Positions 46,349 to 57,925 of a DNA stretch of 64,000 bases are shown piece after piece. The notes below the pieces were generated by a model, which was given only the letters and a program-made list of their open reading frames with translations, ran no database searches and was not told the DNA's origin. The translations under genes were made by a program, and so were the position numbers. The first letter of the stretch is position 1. Every line of letters starts with the position of its first letter. Source of the DNA: a virus (Duplodnaviria; Heunggongvirae; Uroviricota; Caudoviricetes); IMG/VR virus record IMGVR_UViG_3300001487_000052, positions 37,503-101,502 of that record; one strand, 5' to 3'.

Positions 46349-47912
46349 AGATAATAGCCTTGGGTATCGTACACATGTTATAGGAACTGCAAAACCTGTT
46401 CTAGAAAGTACAAGGATAGTTCTTTATAACAAATATCAATTCGCAAGTAACAGTGATTATAGTAGAATCTCAGTTTATAATATAGATAGAATATATCAAG
46501 TCGTATCTTCTTCTCCTCTAGCTCTTACATTATCTAGAGTGCCAGGAGGAAAGTTTGAGTATAAATATTCTAATCAACATACTGAAGGTTTTAATATAAT
46601 CATTTACTTATCTAACTTTGATAACTCTCCCATAGGTTATACAGAGTTTTTACGTACTCAAGGAAAAGATAGGAACATAAACATCTCTATAGACCTTGAA
46701 ACTACTGTAGAGGGAGACATACAGGTAAATATTGTAAATTCTTTAGCCTCTCTCCGTAATAATTCAAGTCTAGAAAGAGTTTTTACAAGTGATGAATTAT
46801 GGGAGTTTACATCCTCAAATAAAATAAAATCCGAAGTACAAAAAATATTACCGAATTCAAGATATACAACACACCTTACTGCCTTCACACGAGATAGGTC
46901 AGTGAGAAATATATACCTACTTAATTACTTAGTTCGTCAGAAAGATAGAAAACTGGAACTTAGTAAGCTTGATATAACCAGAGACATAGAAGCAGATCCC
47001 TTTAGCCTTGGTTTTAGTAAATATCAAATCTCGTATTATGGGGATGAATTAGCTTTTTATACTTGGAATGAAGAGGGTCAGTATTGTATCATATCACTTA
47101 CAGAAAGAAATATGTTCAACCGTCCTATCTATTATACACAAACTAATAATGCCGCTTCTCAGATCGATCCTTCCTATGAGATTGATTATTTTGCTGGACA
47201 CTATATAGTTTGCAAAGATGGGACTATTCTTGATACTATGACTGGAAATTCTGTAGTTATGAATCAAGAAAGCGGATATAAAAACATAATAGACCCTTTA
47301 GATCCGAGAAGTGTGATTTATAGTTTTCCACAACTTACCTATGAATCTGTCTATCACTATATTCCTGAACTGGCTAATATATATCTAGACTTGAAAACTT
47401 ATATGAGAACTTATGGTCTTAATGTAGTTAGGAAGGTTGGTTCTTGGTTTATATTGAAGAGAATATTAAGAGGTGAAGTGTTGTATCTCCTAGTTAATCA
47501 AAGTACAAGAATCTATATTACTGAAACTGACTATGAGAATATGAAAGTCTTGAATGATCGTGTAGTAATGTTTGAAGAGTCCGATTATTATCTTCTCTAT
47601 TTCTTAGATCGTGGGGAATATTGGACTGAAAGAGCTAGGGCGACACAACATGGAACCTTAGTTTTAGATTCTGCACTAGAGGTTTTGTTTTGTCAAGGAG
47701 GAGATAATGACGAGGAGTATAGAGAATATTTTTTGAATAATAAGATTGAGAGGGTATTTAAATCTTATCCAGTTCATGACTCTATTTTAAACTCCTTCCG
47801 AAAAAATTATTATAATACTGAAGAATCTAATGCAATTCCTGAAATAATAGGAGCTTGTGATGGGATTCTTTTCTTCTTAACGGATGACAAAAAATTCTTA
47901 GAATACTTATGA
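46335..47912 (+). CDS. hypothetical structural protein (525 aa)
   Basis: Long coupled ORF. Confidence 0.5.
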   Translation: MATSKDNSLGYRTHVIGTAKPVLESTRIVLYNKYQFASNSDYSRISVYNIDRIYQVVSSSPLALTLSRVPGGKFEYKYSNQHTEGFNIIIYLSNFDNSPIGYTEFLRTQGKDRNINISIDLETTVEGDIQVNIVNSLASLRNNSSLERVFTSDELWEFTSSNKIKSEVQKILPNSRYTTHLTAFTRDRSVRNIYLLNYLVRQKDRKLELSKLDITRDIEADPFSLGFSKYQISYYGDELAFYTWNEEGQYCIISLTERNMFNRPIYYTQTNNAASQIDPSYEIDYFAGHYIVCKDGTILDTMTGNSVVMNQESGYKNIIDPLDPRSVIYSFPQLTYESVYHYIPELANIYLDLKTYMRTYGLNVVRKVGSWFILKRILRGEVLYLLVNQSTRIYITETDYENMKVLNDRVVMFEESDYYLLYFLDRGEYWTERARATQHGTLVLDSALEVLFCQGGDNDEEYREYFLNNKIERVFKSYPVHDSILNSFRKNYYNTEESNAIPEIIGACDGILFFLTDDKKFLEYL

Positions 47913-50900
47913 GAATAAAGGTAAGTAGCTCGTTTGAAGAGCTTATGAAAAGGGTGGATTGTAAAATAATCTTAAAGGAAGCTTGGTTAGATAAAGTATA
48001 TCCAAGTTTTGATGAGAATACTATATTACAATCCTGCCATAAAGATGTTAAGGTTTCAGCAAATGGTATATGGGAGGAAGATACAAACTTATTAAAACTT
48101 CTTATTACCATACCTGAAAGTAATATCGCTAAAAGTAATGATGAAGGACATCCTGACGCGTTTGTTACTGAAGAGTATGGAGCTATATACTTCTTCTCTG
48201 GGAACGAGCCTGCCTTTGTTATTTACGATACCGGAGGAACTAATCTGGATCTTAGCTTGGGAAGAAACCTAATTGATCTTGAATTCCCTGAAGACTGGAA
48301 AGGAAGGGTTGAATTAATGGATACAAGCGAGGATACAAAGTTCTTAGAAACCTTCGGACAAAACCCAGGAAAAAATATCTTTGTTACAGGAAATGAAGAC
48401 GCCCTAGTATCAAAGGAAACCTACTACACTTATTGGAGACTAGAGGTTACTAAGGATACTACAGCTACAGATCTTCCTCTCCTTGATGAAAATGGAAAAT
48501 TAGTAACAGAGAACTATAGATACAGAACTTATAGTAATCTCCGTATTGATTGTCCTGGGTTAACAAAAACTACAACCCCACACACTAAATACGGGCTATC
48601 AGATAATGGGGGTTCTATTCCTATCCTGGGTTATGCTGACTTCGTAGAGTATAGAGTTTTTGGAGATACTATAACTGAAGTAATGAGGGGTACAACTACA
48701 ATAGAAAGTATCCCTAGCTCTGAGATTGTTTATATAAGTGGACATGATGATAATGGAATAGTAGTAGATGAAGTACACAACATCTTTACTCCAAACAACT
48801 ACTCTTCCATGATTGACTACATAAAAAATAACAATCCAGGAAGTTATGGTGCTGATGGTATTTTTGGATTACGACTTACTTATTACGACGTTAAAGAACA
48901 AAAACCCGTATTAGTGGAGAGTGAGAATCAGATTAAACTAGTAAGAAGAGATAAGTCAGCTGATTGGTTTATCCTAAGATCTTCTACTCATTATCTCGAG
49001 AGCACTGATGAATATGGGGATGTACCTGTTTATTTGTTTCCCTATAATACTTCCGGAACTGAATCTTTTACTATACGTACTAGATTTTTAGAGCCTATCA
49101 CAAATATAAATCAGCTACAAATTACTTTCGACAATCCCATACTTACAAACCTATTTACCGTTACTCCATCTCTTGCCCCATTTGTAGATGTTAATGGGAC
49201 TTATTATGTGGATATCCTAGTAAACCTGAAAGCAAAGACTGAAAATGAAGATCCTGTAAAGTGGGCGCCTATTATAGATGGTGTTTCTACTTTGATTCAG
49301 GCTAAAATCAGTTATAATGAATACTTTGAGGTTTTTTATATGGTTCAATGTCCTAAGATAGAAGATTCCTTAAAGCTTGTAGATAATAACGGAAATAGAG
49401 TTGATCGCATAGTCTTAAATCCCGGTAGTGGTAGTAATAAGGTTGTGTATGTGATAGCTGATGAAGAAACTGAAGATGTAGGCGATAGAAACAGCTGGAG
49501 AATAATGTCGTTCCCTGATGGTATGACATTTAATCAACAAAATGGAATTATCTCTGGTCGGGTAGAACATAATCCAGAAAATACACTTCAAGTTTTCTAT
49601 AAATCAGATTCAACTACAGCACAAGATATTACTCCAAGCCAAGATATTGTAATTACCAGACTAAAAGAGGTGGGAGTGGCAGAAGATCTAGAGACTACAA
49701 CGAATTGGAGAGTAATGGTAGATGTTGCTCAGATTCATGTTGGGTTTATGAAATATGGAAAGAATATCTCTGTTAGTCCTGCAAATACTTCAATCTCAGT
49801 AAAGGGAATCGGTTTATATGAACTAAAAATAAGATCTAATTGTCAATTTATTCTAAGTACTGAAGATACTAGATATAAATTCAGAGAACAAGGTAGAATG
49901 CAGGCTAAGAGTTCTCTTCAATCACCCTCCTATAATGACCCTAGATATGAAACTTATGGATATTTTAATTATTGGGTTCAAGTAGAAACAGTAAATGCTA
50001 CACAAACTATTACATTATCCCCTATAAAGATTCTGGCTCAAGAGGGTGAGAGAACATTAGAAAAAACCGTAAGTGTAACTCAGTCTATAGTCTCTAGTGA
50101 TATCTACAAACTTAAAACAGATGGTAATGCTTATAGTGATGGAGAGTGGAATGTAACGCTTGGAGTAGTTAATAATAATCTTAAGTCTGGTTCTTCTTAT
50201 GTTCCTGAAGCTTGGATAAAAAGGGGTACTTCAGATACGGTTCATGTATATAACAAAATGAAAACCTATAAAGAAGGAGATATTGTTAAGTATTATGTAA
50301 ATGAACCAGAAGCCTCAGTTTATTCATCTTCCATAACGTATTCATCTGGGACCGTAGTAAGGTGGTTTAGTAGTTGGTGGACGTCTCTGTCTGGAAATAA
50401 TCATGGAAATACACCAACAGAGGGAAGTAGCTATTGGGAAAACGTAAGTCAGTATTTTGTTAGTAAAAACGACGGAAACCGACAGAATCTCCCACAGCAA
50501 GGTGATAGTTCTAGCTGGTGGTATGAGATTCCTAACGTACAAGATTACCAAGAACTAGATAATAGATTAACCAGCTTAGATACTGCTAGTTTTTATAGTT
50601 CTACCACAAAATATAAAATTGGAGACATAGTAAAAAAAGAAAGTGATTTTTCAAGTTGGGTTAGTAGTACGGACTATGCTGTTAATAGTAAAGTAAAAGC
50701 AAATTCTAATTATTGGATTTGTACACAGCAAACAGGAGCCAATGGACCCGAGCCTGGTGGTGTAAGTGACGATTGGGAAGAGTATTGGAGGGGAGCTAAA
50801 ATGAATGACTTTATTTACTACGTAGCTAAGAAGACTATGAGGGAATGTACGAATAAATGGATTTCAACTACCACATATAATAAAGGTGTGTTTGTTTTAT

Positions 50901-52624
50901 ATGGTGGACAAGTTTGGAGAAGTAAAGAAAATAATAATGTTAATCATACCCCTGCCTCGGGATCCGCTTATTGGGAACTAGATTTCTTGAATATAAATAG
51001 AGATCTAACTGATTCTTATTGGTGGAGTAAGATATCTAATTCTTCTCTTAATTTTATAGGACAGGACATAAAATATAGGTTCATTGTAATTAGAGAAAAT
51101 AATATTCCTTTTCTTTATATGTCAATGGTTGCTTATGTGACTAAGCCAAATCTATATATTTACAATTTTTCTGCACTTAGAGACGCTATCTTAGAACGGG
51201 GGAATGAAAACAATGAAATACTCTTTGTCCTAAATAATCCCGAACTTTATAAAGCAGGAACATCAATAAGAATAATCGACCCAGAAGAACTTAGAAGAAG
51301 TTGGCAATCATCAAGTCTTGATAACCGTCGAGATGATGTAGATATATATCTTTACATAAGTCGAGACAGTAGTTGGGTAATACTAGATACCTTAGATTCT
51401 CTTATGATGACTCTGGGGGGATCATATAACAACACTTATTTTTCTGACAGCTCTTCAAGGTGTTACACAAAAGATGAATATAACCTAAGAGTAAAATATT
51501 CAAATCTCATACCTTCAAGTAATCAAAGAAATGTTTATATTATTTCTGACTATAAAGCAAGTAATAGCCTTAGTTCCCTAGCTTCAACTGGTGGCTTCTC
51601 TGGAAATACAAAGAAACTTATTCCATACTTCAATTCTATCTCAGAACTTCCTACCCTTAGTACCTTAGCTAGAACCTCAGATGATAATAAATTCATAAGA
51701 ACCTATTGTAGAATTCCTGATGGTAAGATAGTAAGAACTGCAGCCCTTGATCTAACCTGGGATTCTAATAATATAGGACCTACATATAAAGGTCAATACT
51801 CTGGATCTACACAGTACTATACAGGTAATATTGTTTATTACACATTAACCGGTCAAGAAAAACTATATTATCAGTACAAAAACGGTCATCAGGGTCAAAG
51901 CGGTCACTCACCAATAGAAGATACTAACGAAACTTATTGGACTTGCTTAAGCTGGACGGAATTAAGTGGAGTTGATACAGAAGCTGGGGCTATAAATGCG
52001 GTTAAGTCTGAAATGGGTCTCAAGTCAACAAATGAAATTGTTTATCTTGGTTATTACTCTAGTGGAACTTTATATACCGTGACTAAGAATAACATAGGAA
52101 AAGAGCCTAGTCCTGGAAACATTATTAAACTTGGATCAAAATATTACTACTGTGGAGTTCTATGGAAAGTATCTGATGTATCTGTAGAAGACCTAGACTT
52201 TTCATTACTAAGTGGAACTAATAAACTTCCGGATATAACTATGGGATATACAAACATTCTTTGTAAGGTCGGTACAAGTGCTAATTATACCTATTATTAT
52301 TGTAAGTCTAATTATGTCTTTAATAATGTTAAGATTAATCAGTATATATTCGTTCCAAAAACTTCCGGAAATACGACTCAATTTAGATTCTTTTCTAGGA
52401 AGAGCCCGACGGAACAGCTAGATACTCCCGAAAGTAATAGTATTCTTGCTTTATATGGTGGTTTAACTATAGCAGGTCATAGTACTCCCGAATTTGATGA
52501 GGAAACCAGTGAAAATAACCACTACATGTCTCACTCCATTGAACTAGGATATACGCAGGGAGTTGATGAGAATTTATCTGAAAATGTATTAGAAGAAGTA
52601 ATAGAAAGGATAGGAGACATTTAA
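47909..52624 (+). CDS. giant fiber/adhesin protein (1571 aa) with CBM5/12-like modules
   Basis: YSSGTVVRWFSSWWTSLSGNNHGNTPTEGSSYWENV; YNKGVFVLYGGQVWRSKENNNVNHTPASGSAYWELD. Confidence 0.6.
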   Translation: MRIKVSSSFEELMKRVDCKIILKEAWLDKVYPSFDENTILQSCHKDVKVSANGIWEEDTNLLKLLITIPESNIAKSNDEGHPDAFVTEEYGAIYFFSGNEPAFVIYDTGGTNLDLSLGRNLIDLEFPEDWKGRVELMDTSEDTKFLETFGQNPGKNIFVTGNEDALVSKETYYTYWRLEVTKDTTATDLPLLDENGKLVTENYRYRTYSNLRIDCPGLTKTTTPHTKYGLSDNGGSIPILGYADFVEYRVFGDTITEVMRGTTTIESIPSSEIVYISGHDDNGIVVDEVHNIFTPNNYSSMIDYIKNNNPGSYGADGIFGLRLTYYDVKEQKPVLVESENQIKLVRRDKSADWFILRSSTHYLESTDEYGDVPVYLFPYNTSGTESFTIRTRFLEPITNINQLQITFDNPILTNLFTVTPSLAPFVDVNGTYYVDILVNLKAKTENEDPVKWAPIIDGVSTLIQAKISYNEYFEVFYMVQCPKIEDSLKLVDNNGNRVDRIVLNPGSGSNKVVYVIADEETEDVGDRNSWRIMSFPDGMTFNQQNGIISGRVEHNPENTLQVFYKSDSTTAQDITPSQDIVITRLKEVGVAEDLETTTNWRVMVDVAQIHVGFMKYGKNISVSPANTSISVKGIGLYELKIRSNCQFILSTEDTRYKFREQGRMQAKSSLQSPSYNDPRYETYGYFNYWVQVETVNATQTITLSPIKILAQEGERTLEKTVSVTQSIVSSDIYKLKTDGNAYSDGEWNVTLGVVNNNLKSGSSYVPEAWIKRGTSDTVHVYNKMKTYKEGDIVKYYVNEPEASVYSSSITYSSGTVVRWFSSWWTSLSGNNHGNTPTEGSSYWENVSQYFVSKNDGNRQNLPQQGDSSSWWYEIPNVQDYQELDNRLTSLDTASFYSSTTKYKIGDIVKKESDFSSWVSSTDYAVNSKVKANSNYWICTQQTGANGPEPGGVSDDWEEYWRGAKMNDFIYYVAKKTMRECTNKWISTTTYNKGVFVLYGGQVWRSKENNNVNHTPASGSAYWELDFLNINRDLTDSYWWSKISNSSLNFIGQDIKYRFIVIRENNIPFLYMSMVAYVTKPNLYIYNFSALRDAILERGNENNEILFVLNNPELYKAGTSIRIIDPEELRRSWQSSSLDNRRDDVDIYLYISRDSSWVILDTLDSLMMTLGGSYNNTYFSDSSSRCYTKDEYNLRVKYSNLIPSSNQRNVYIISDYKASNSLSSLASTGGFSGNTKKLIPYFNSISELPTLSTLARTSDDNKFIRTYCRIPDGKIVRTAALDLTWDSNNIGPTYKGQYSGSTQYYTGNIVYYTLTGQEKLYYQYKNGHQGQSGHSPIEDTNETYWTCLSWTELSGVDTEAGAINAVKSEMGLKSTNEIVYLGYYSSGTLYTVTKNNIGKEPSPGNIIKLGSKYYYCGVLWKVSDVSVEDLDFSLLSGTNKLPDITMGYTNILCKVGTSANYTYYYCKSNYVFNNVKINQYIFVPKTSGNTTQFRFFSRKSPTEQLDTPESNSILALYGGLTIAGHSTPEFDEETSENNHYMSHSIELGYTQGVDENLSENVLEEVIERIGDI

Positions 52625-52626
52625 TT

Positions 52627-55600
52627 ATGAGCACAATACCACAGAATCAGGCAGTACTAGAAGGAAAACTAACTCTAACTAATACTGAAAATACTAATAC
52701 TACAGGTGATAGTAGATCCAATAAAGTTAGATACTATGATGTTTTTGGTCAAGAGGGTTGGGAAATACTAGATACTGGAAGTGATCTAAGAACTAGTAAG
52801 AACTCTATAACATATCAGGTGTATCGTGCTCCAGTATCACCAAGAATAACACTATATCAAGAAAATGAAGAAGTTACCTCTATCTTAGTAAATCAAGCCG
52901 CAAATGTATCTACTGTAGTGGAGGTTGTTTCTACTCATCCTGTTTCTATCTCTAGAAAAATATCTACTATGTCCCTATTTAATAATACTAGGGAAGCAAT
53001 AGTAACTTTAGATACTAATGGAACTAATTATAGTTATACTTTTACAGTAGGTCAACCTCGAGTGAAATCAGATGGAAATTATCATTACTCTCTTACAGTA
53101 ACTCCAACTAGTACAAACCCAAATGATACGGAATCAATAAAGCTTGGGGACTTAACATTTACTTCTAGAATTTATAAAAATGGAACTAAACCTACGGAAT
53201 GGATTGTTGTAGATGATGATGGAAACGGAGAGAATATTTTAAAAACAATTCTAAGAACTGATACTCTAAACATTATAAACCTAAATGAAGATTTTTTAGA
53301 TAACAATAATCAATATCTTAGAATAAATTACCTCCCAGATATAGATAATGCTGTTCCTGGTGTAGTTTATAGGGGAACTATGGATAATGTTAGTCCTTTT
53401 GTATACTATCCTTATTTGATGGGAAATATTGCTAGTGGGAATACAGGAACAACTTATAAATTCTTTGTTGCTGTTCCCTATGGCCTAACTAAAGAATCCT
53501 ATGGAACAGGTGATATAGATTACATAGAAAGTTATAATCAGTATTATTATTCACAGTCTGAGATTGATGATACATTTGGATATGTCTCTAAGAATATTTC
53601 TATAATTCAATCTGGAACTTTTACTTATTCTATCTCCGGAAATAAAACCGAAGACATTGATTTTTTAGGTGAAACTAGAAATTATGAGCTAAGAGTCACT
53701 CCGGAGAGAGCAATAAGCGGATATACTGTTGGGTCTACTGAAAATTGTTTAATCACAACGAATGGAAATACAATAACGATGTCAGTTCCCAGCCGTATTA
53801 GTGATTATTCCCCAAAACCCATAACTAACAACTACTATACAAATCTGGTTTCTAGGTTACCGGTATCTTTCAATCTGGCAGTAAATGCTGTTGATACTAA
53901 AGCAGTTAATAAAATCGCCAACTTAGGACAACTTAACTCAGTTATTAAATCTACCTTAGAGTTAGACGGAGTCCCAGTTGTAGGAACTAGTGGACTAAGT
54001 ATAGAACCTTCCAATATATATTATACAGATAATATCACTGGATTGGTAAAATATGTAAGACTATTAGAGACTTACAATTATTATCCCGGGGTTTCAAGAT
54101 ATAATGTTGGAGAAACAAGGGGATACACTCATAAAACTGCTACATGGTCATTATTAACTACTCTCAGAAGTGAGGATGATTTGGCTGGGCTTAGACGAAA
54201 TAGAAACAGAAAATATGGCTTTTCTGAGGATACGTCGTGGTATCCAGTTATTATAGGTAATAGCGAAACTTCAGTACAATTACCTTCTAATTCAGATGAC
54301 TTTGCTGTAATAGGTGGATCTTGGGTTCCAGCTACGGATAGTTCTGGACGTGGTGATGATATAATAGTATATGAATTTCCAGCAATAGCAAAAGCGGGGT
54401 ATACTTATAAAGTTGGTAATGATAGAAAAGTCTGCCAACCCCCACAATCAAACATAAGGGTAGTCTCTGCAACCGCCACATGGATAAACTCTGGAAATAA
54501 TGAACAGTTATATAATGACCTTGGATTAGAATATAATGGATATACTTGGGAAACTGATTTACATAGTACTCCTATCTCGGGCTATGTAGATCTAACCCCA
54601 ATATATACTAACTCACCTGCCGCCGATTCACGTAGCTATGGAACTACTCATTATCTTTGGAATTATGCTGATACAATTCCATCAGAACAATCTAGTTGGT
54701 CCATAGTTCAAGTATCCTCTCTCCCTGCAACTAGAAACCTTTGCAACTCGAGGGTGGTATATCAAGTAACTGGACAAAGTGGTTATTATTGGTTAAATAC
54801 AGAGATTAGAATATGTAAAATGAAACCAGTATATTCAATGGTGGCACTTTCTAATCCTCCTGAAGTATATAACCTTATTTATTCTTATTCTAAGGGAGAT
54901 AAAGTCTTTAAGGATAATAATAGAAAAGAAGTATATGAAAGCTTAATTGATAATAATCTAGGAAATAGTGTATCTGATATAACTAAGTGGAAAAAGCTAG
55001 GGGATGTGTTTTCCGCAAATAGTTTAGGATATGAATATTATAAAGTTGATAGACTTCCACTTCCACACAATAGTAGTTCTTCTGATGTCTATACAGGAAC
55101 TATTTTACCTACTGCATCGGCCACTAGTAAAAAATATGCTAAGATTACTACAGGTGGTAAAATCTACTATTATAGGAAAGGCTATAACTTTTTAGTCCCA
55201 AATCCAGTAGCATCATCAGATAATATAAAAGACTATGGACTTTATCTTTCAGACGTTACTGACCCAGCTCATCCAGTAAATACGATACAGACTGGAAGAT
55301 TTTTCACAAGAGTAGTAGGTGGCGAAACAATTTATTTCCGGCTCAAATTATATGCTCCCGAACTTGCAATGCCTAACAATTTCCATGATAATACTGAAAA
55401 CAAGCTATTATCTTCAGACTATCCTGGAGCCATTGTATTAAAAGGAGATAATTCAGAGTCCGGTTTTGGTAGAAGTCGTAGTCAGCTTCAGTCTTGGGGT
55501 TATTACTTTGTAGACTTTAATGATTATACAGTAAGATCCCAATCCTTCGAAGAAACAATAGATCTAAGACAGGAAAGAATTACTAAAGGTATAGTTTCTA

Positions 55601-57213
55601 ATCTAGGATCTCTCAATTCATCAGGAGAACTCGATTACCCTGGAGATTATAAACTTTACTTAGGGGAGAGCGGATTAAACACAATAGAAGTTTCCGTTGG
55701 TTCTGATGTAACTGAAATAAAAGGAATGATTGGTGTATTTGATATTAATAATACCCTACTACCAACCTCTAATAGAGTGGGTACAGCTCCTACTATTACA
55801 GTTTCAGGATCACAAGAAACAGATGTATTCAGTGGTCTTACAACTCCTAAACTTGATGGTGGAAATACAGCTAATTTCGTTGTAAGTTTTGACAAGAATG
55901 TTGGGGATTCTGCTATAACTAGAACATATCAATTTAGTTATTCTGAAGATGAACTCAATACTTTAGTCACCCTTATTATAACTCAAGCTGCAGACCCAGG
56001 AGAAGTAAGATTAAGCTCAAGAAAATTATATTTCCTCAGTAACGGTCTTTTAAATAATTCTAATAATTTTGGAATTTTAAACTTTTCATCCGATATACGT
56101 AATAATGGTCAGGTAATGGATATAGATAATATAGAAGTTATTTCTAATACCGGTGAAGATCTAATTGACAGAGATGGCTCTTTAGTAGAATACACTAATC
56201 TATCTCCTACATACGTTACCTATAGAGCTATTTTGAAACTTAAACCAAACACAAGACATCATAACCTTGAGGGATTTAGAATTAAGATTGGTAAAAGAAC
56301 TGCAAATGGACTAACTGATAGAACATTACTTTTTAGAGACAATCAAGAAGTACTCGATGGATTTTATAAACGGACTTCTTCTGGATGGACTCTATTAGGA
56401 GATGAATATGTTCCTACTTATCTTGAGGACTATTATGAAAATCTCCCCGAAACAGGTACTATTGGAAGTGTTATCTGTAAATGTTCTAGTCTACGTGGAA
56501 ATCAAGGTTATTATTCTGTTTCACTGTTTAATCCCGGAGTTACAAGTTATGATAATCCGGTGAGCTTGGAATGGAGAACTACAACAGACCTACAAGATAT
56601 TATAAATGATTTTGGTTTGCCTAGTTCTTTTACTCTTGGGGATATTTCGGGAATTATTACAACTGCTACTGAGATTCCCGATATAGAAACAGTCAAGACT
56701 TCTGGTTTAATTTATCAGATTGGCACTACTTATTATTACACCTACTCCGATTTTATTACCTCAGATTATACTTACGGTACCCCTGGCTTTCCGGTTGCTA
56801 TAGGTACAAGTAGGCAAGGACAGCAAAAATACCATATGGAAATAGTTCAGAGTGAGTATGATACCTCAGGAAATACACACCTAACCAATTTAACAGACAC
56901 CTTCTTTGATATTGCTACTAATTATGACTTAGACTTAGTTTCTACATCAGGGCTTTATAATACTAGTGGCGCACCAATAGAAGATATTAATCTTGAAGAG
57001 GTTTGTTTTGTGAGGGCTGTATACTCTGATACACAAAATCCATCCTTAGTTCCATATCTTGAAACTTCCTATTCTTTTAGTGATAATGCTTCTGATATAA
57101 TAATTAAATTGGACGTTCATTTAAACGTTCGTTACAATAATTCTGGAAATATACCTATGGATGGAGAGTATTTGCGGATTGATAACTTCTTTACCTTCTA
57201 TACTAAGAGATAA
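52627..57213 (+). CDS. giant fiber/adhesin protein (1528 aa)
   Basis: Thr/Ser/Asn/Gly/Tyr-rich beta-type composition. One CBM-like module (YSKGDKVFKDNNRKEVYESLIDNNLGNSVSDITKWKKL). Confidence 0.55.
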   Translation: MSTIPQNQAVLEGKLTLTNTENTNTTGDSRSNKVRYYDVFGQEGWEILDTGSDLRTSKNSITYQVYRAPVSPRITLYQENEEVTSILVNQAANVSTVVEVVSTHPVSISRKISTMSLFNNTREAIVTLDTNGTNYSYTFTVGQPRVKSDGNYHYSLTVTPTSTNPNDTESIKLGDLTFTSRIYKNGTKPTEWIVVDDDGNGENILKTILRTDTLNIINLNEDFLDNNNQYLRINYLPDIDNAVPGVVYRGTMDNVSPFVYYPYLMGNIASGNTGTTYKFFVAVPYGLTKESYGTGDIDYIESYNQYYYSQSEIDDTFGYVSKNISIIQSGTFTYSISGNKTEDIDFLGETRNYELRVTPERAISGYTVGSTENCLITTNGNTITMSVPSRISDYSPKPITNNYYTNLVSRLPVSFNLAVNAVDTKAVNKIANLGQLNSVIKSTLELDGVPVVGTSGLSIEPSNIYYTDNITGLVKYVRLLETYNYYPGVSRYNVGETRGYTHKTATWSLLTTLRSEDDLAGLRRNRNRKYGFSEDTSWYPVIIGNSETSVQLPSNSDDFAVIGGSWVPATDSSGRGDDIIVYEFPAIAKAGYTYKVGNDRKVCQPPQSNIRVVSATATWINSGNNEQLYNDLGLEYNGYTWETDLHSTPISGYVDLTPIYTNSPAADSRSYGTTHYLWNYADTIPSEQSSWSIVQVSSLPATRNLCNSRVVYQVTGQSGYYWLNTEIRICKMKPVYSMVALSNPPEVYNLIYSYSKGDKVFKDNNRKEVYESLIDNNLGNSVSDITKWKKLGDVFSANSLGYEYYKVDRLPLPHNSSSSDVYTGTILPTASATSKKYAKITTGGKIYYYRKGYNFLVPNPVASSDNIKDYGLYLSDVTDPAHPVNTIQTGRFFTRVVGGETIYFRLKLYAPELAMPNNFHDNTENKLLSSDYPGAIVLKGDNSESGFGRSRSQLQSWGYYFVDFNDYTVRSQSFEETIDLRQERITKGIVSNLGSLNSSGELDYPGDYKLYLGESGLNTIEVSVGSDVTEIKGMIGVFDINNTLLPTSNRVGTAPTITVSGSQETDVFSGLTTPKLDGGNTANFVVSFDKNVGDSAITRTYQFSYSEDELNTLVTLIITQAADPGEVRLSSRKLYFLSNGLLNNSNNFGILNFSSDIRNNGQVMDIDNIEVISNTGEDLIDRDGSLVEYTNLSPTYVTYRAILKLKPNTRHHNLEGFRIKIGKRTANGLTDRTLLFRDNQEVLDGFYKRTSSGWTLLGDEYVPTYLEDYYENLPETGTIGSVICKCSSLRGNQGYYSVSLFNPGVTSYDNPVSLEWRTTTDLQDIINDFGLPSSFTLGDISGIITTATEIPDIETVKTSGLIYQIGTTYYYTYSDFITSDYTYGTPGFPVAIGTSRQGQQKYHMEIVQSEYDTSGNTHLTNLTDTFFDIATNYDLDLVSTSGLYNTSGAPIEDINLEEVCFVRAVYSDTQNPSLVPYLETSYSFSDNASDIIIKLDVHLNVRYNNSGNIPMDGEYLRIDNFFTFYTKR

Positions 57214-57920
57214 TGGAACAATTCTTAAACAAATTAAATGAGATTTCCGAGTTCTTTATTAGGATGGATCAAAAAATAGGCTTTAAAAAAATTGTTAGAT
57301 ATGTGTTTCTTATCTTAATTGTCTTGGGTATAGTAAATTTCAAAACAGTAGTTAAAGAAATAGTTGAGGTTGTTTCGGAGATCACTGAAGAACAACATAA
57401 CGAAAAAATGCAACTACGAGATGAACTACTTCGAGACTTACGACCCATGCTAAATGAGATAAGAGCACACACTAGTGCAGATAGAGTCTTATACTTTGAA
57501 TATCACAATAGTAAAGAGAATCTTGTCGGAATACCCTTTAAGTATGCTGACTTAGTTCTACAGGCATCTAGTTATGATGTTACGACAGTCCCAGAAAATT
57601 TATATAAAGACATAAACACTGGGACTATAACTAGTCTGTACGAGGAATTAAAACATAACACAATTTCTTCTGATGATTCTATGTTTCGTTATAAATTCCC
57701 GGGAACATATGAGCTATTTAATGGGAGTGATGGATCGGAAAAACAGGTATTCGTAAGTATTCCTGGAGTAGATCAGCCCATAGGAATGTTAGTATTTGAA
57801 TGGGTTGACGAAAATGTTGATATTGATATAAAACGGATAGAATATATACTCGGCGGACACGGAGAAAACTATCTATCCAGAATTAATGGACTTATAATGT
57901 CTAAACAATTAAAAAAATAA
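57213..57920 (+). CDS. hypothetical protein with an N-terminal transmembrane helix (235 aa)
   Basis: IVRYVFLILIVLGIVNF hydrophobic segment. Start coupled to the upstream stop. Confidence 0.45.
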   Translation: MEQFLNKLNEISEFFIRMDQKIGFKKIVRYVFLILIVLGIVNFKTVVKEIVEVVSEITEEQHNEKMQLRDELLRDLRPMLNEIRAHTSADRVLYFEYHNSKENLVGIPFKYADLVLQASSYDVTTVPENLYKDINTGTITSLYEELKHNTISSDDSMFRYKFPGTYELFNGSDGSEKQVFVSIPGVDQPIGMLVFEWVDENVDIDIKRIEYILGGHGENYLSRINGLIMSKQLKK

Positions 57921-57925
57921 ACAAA

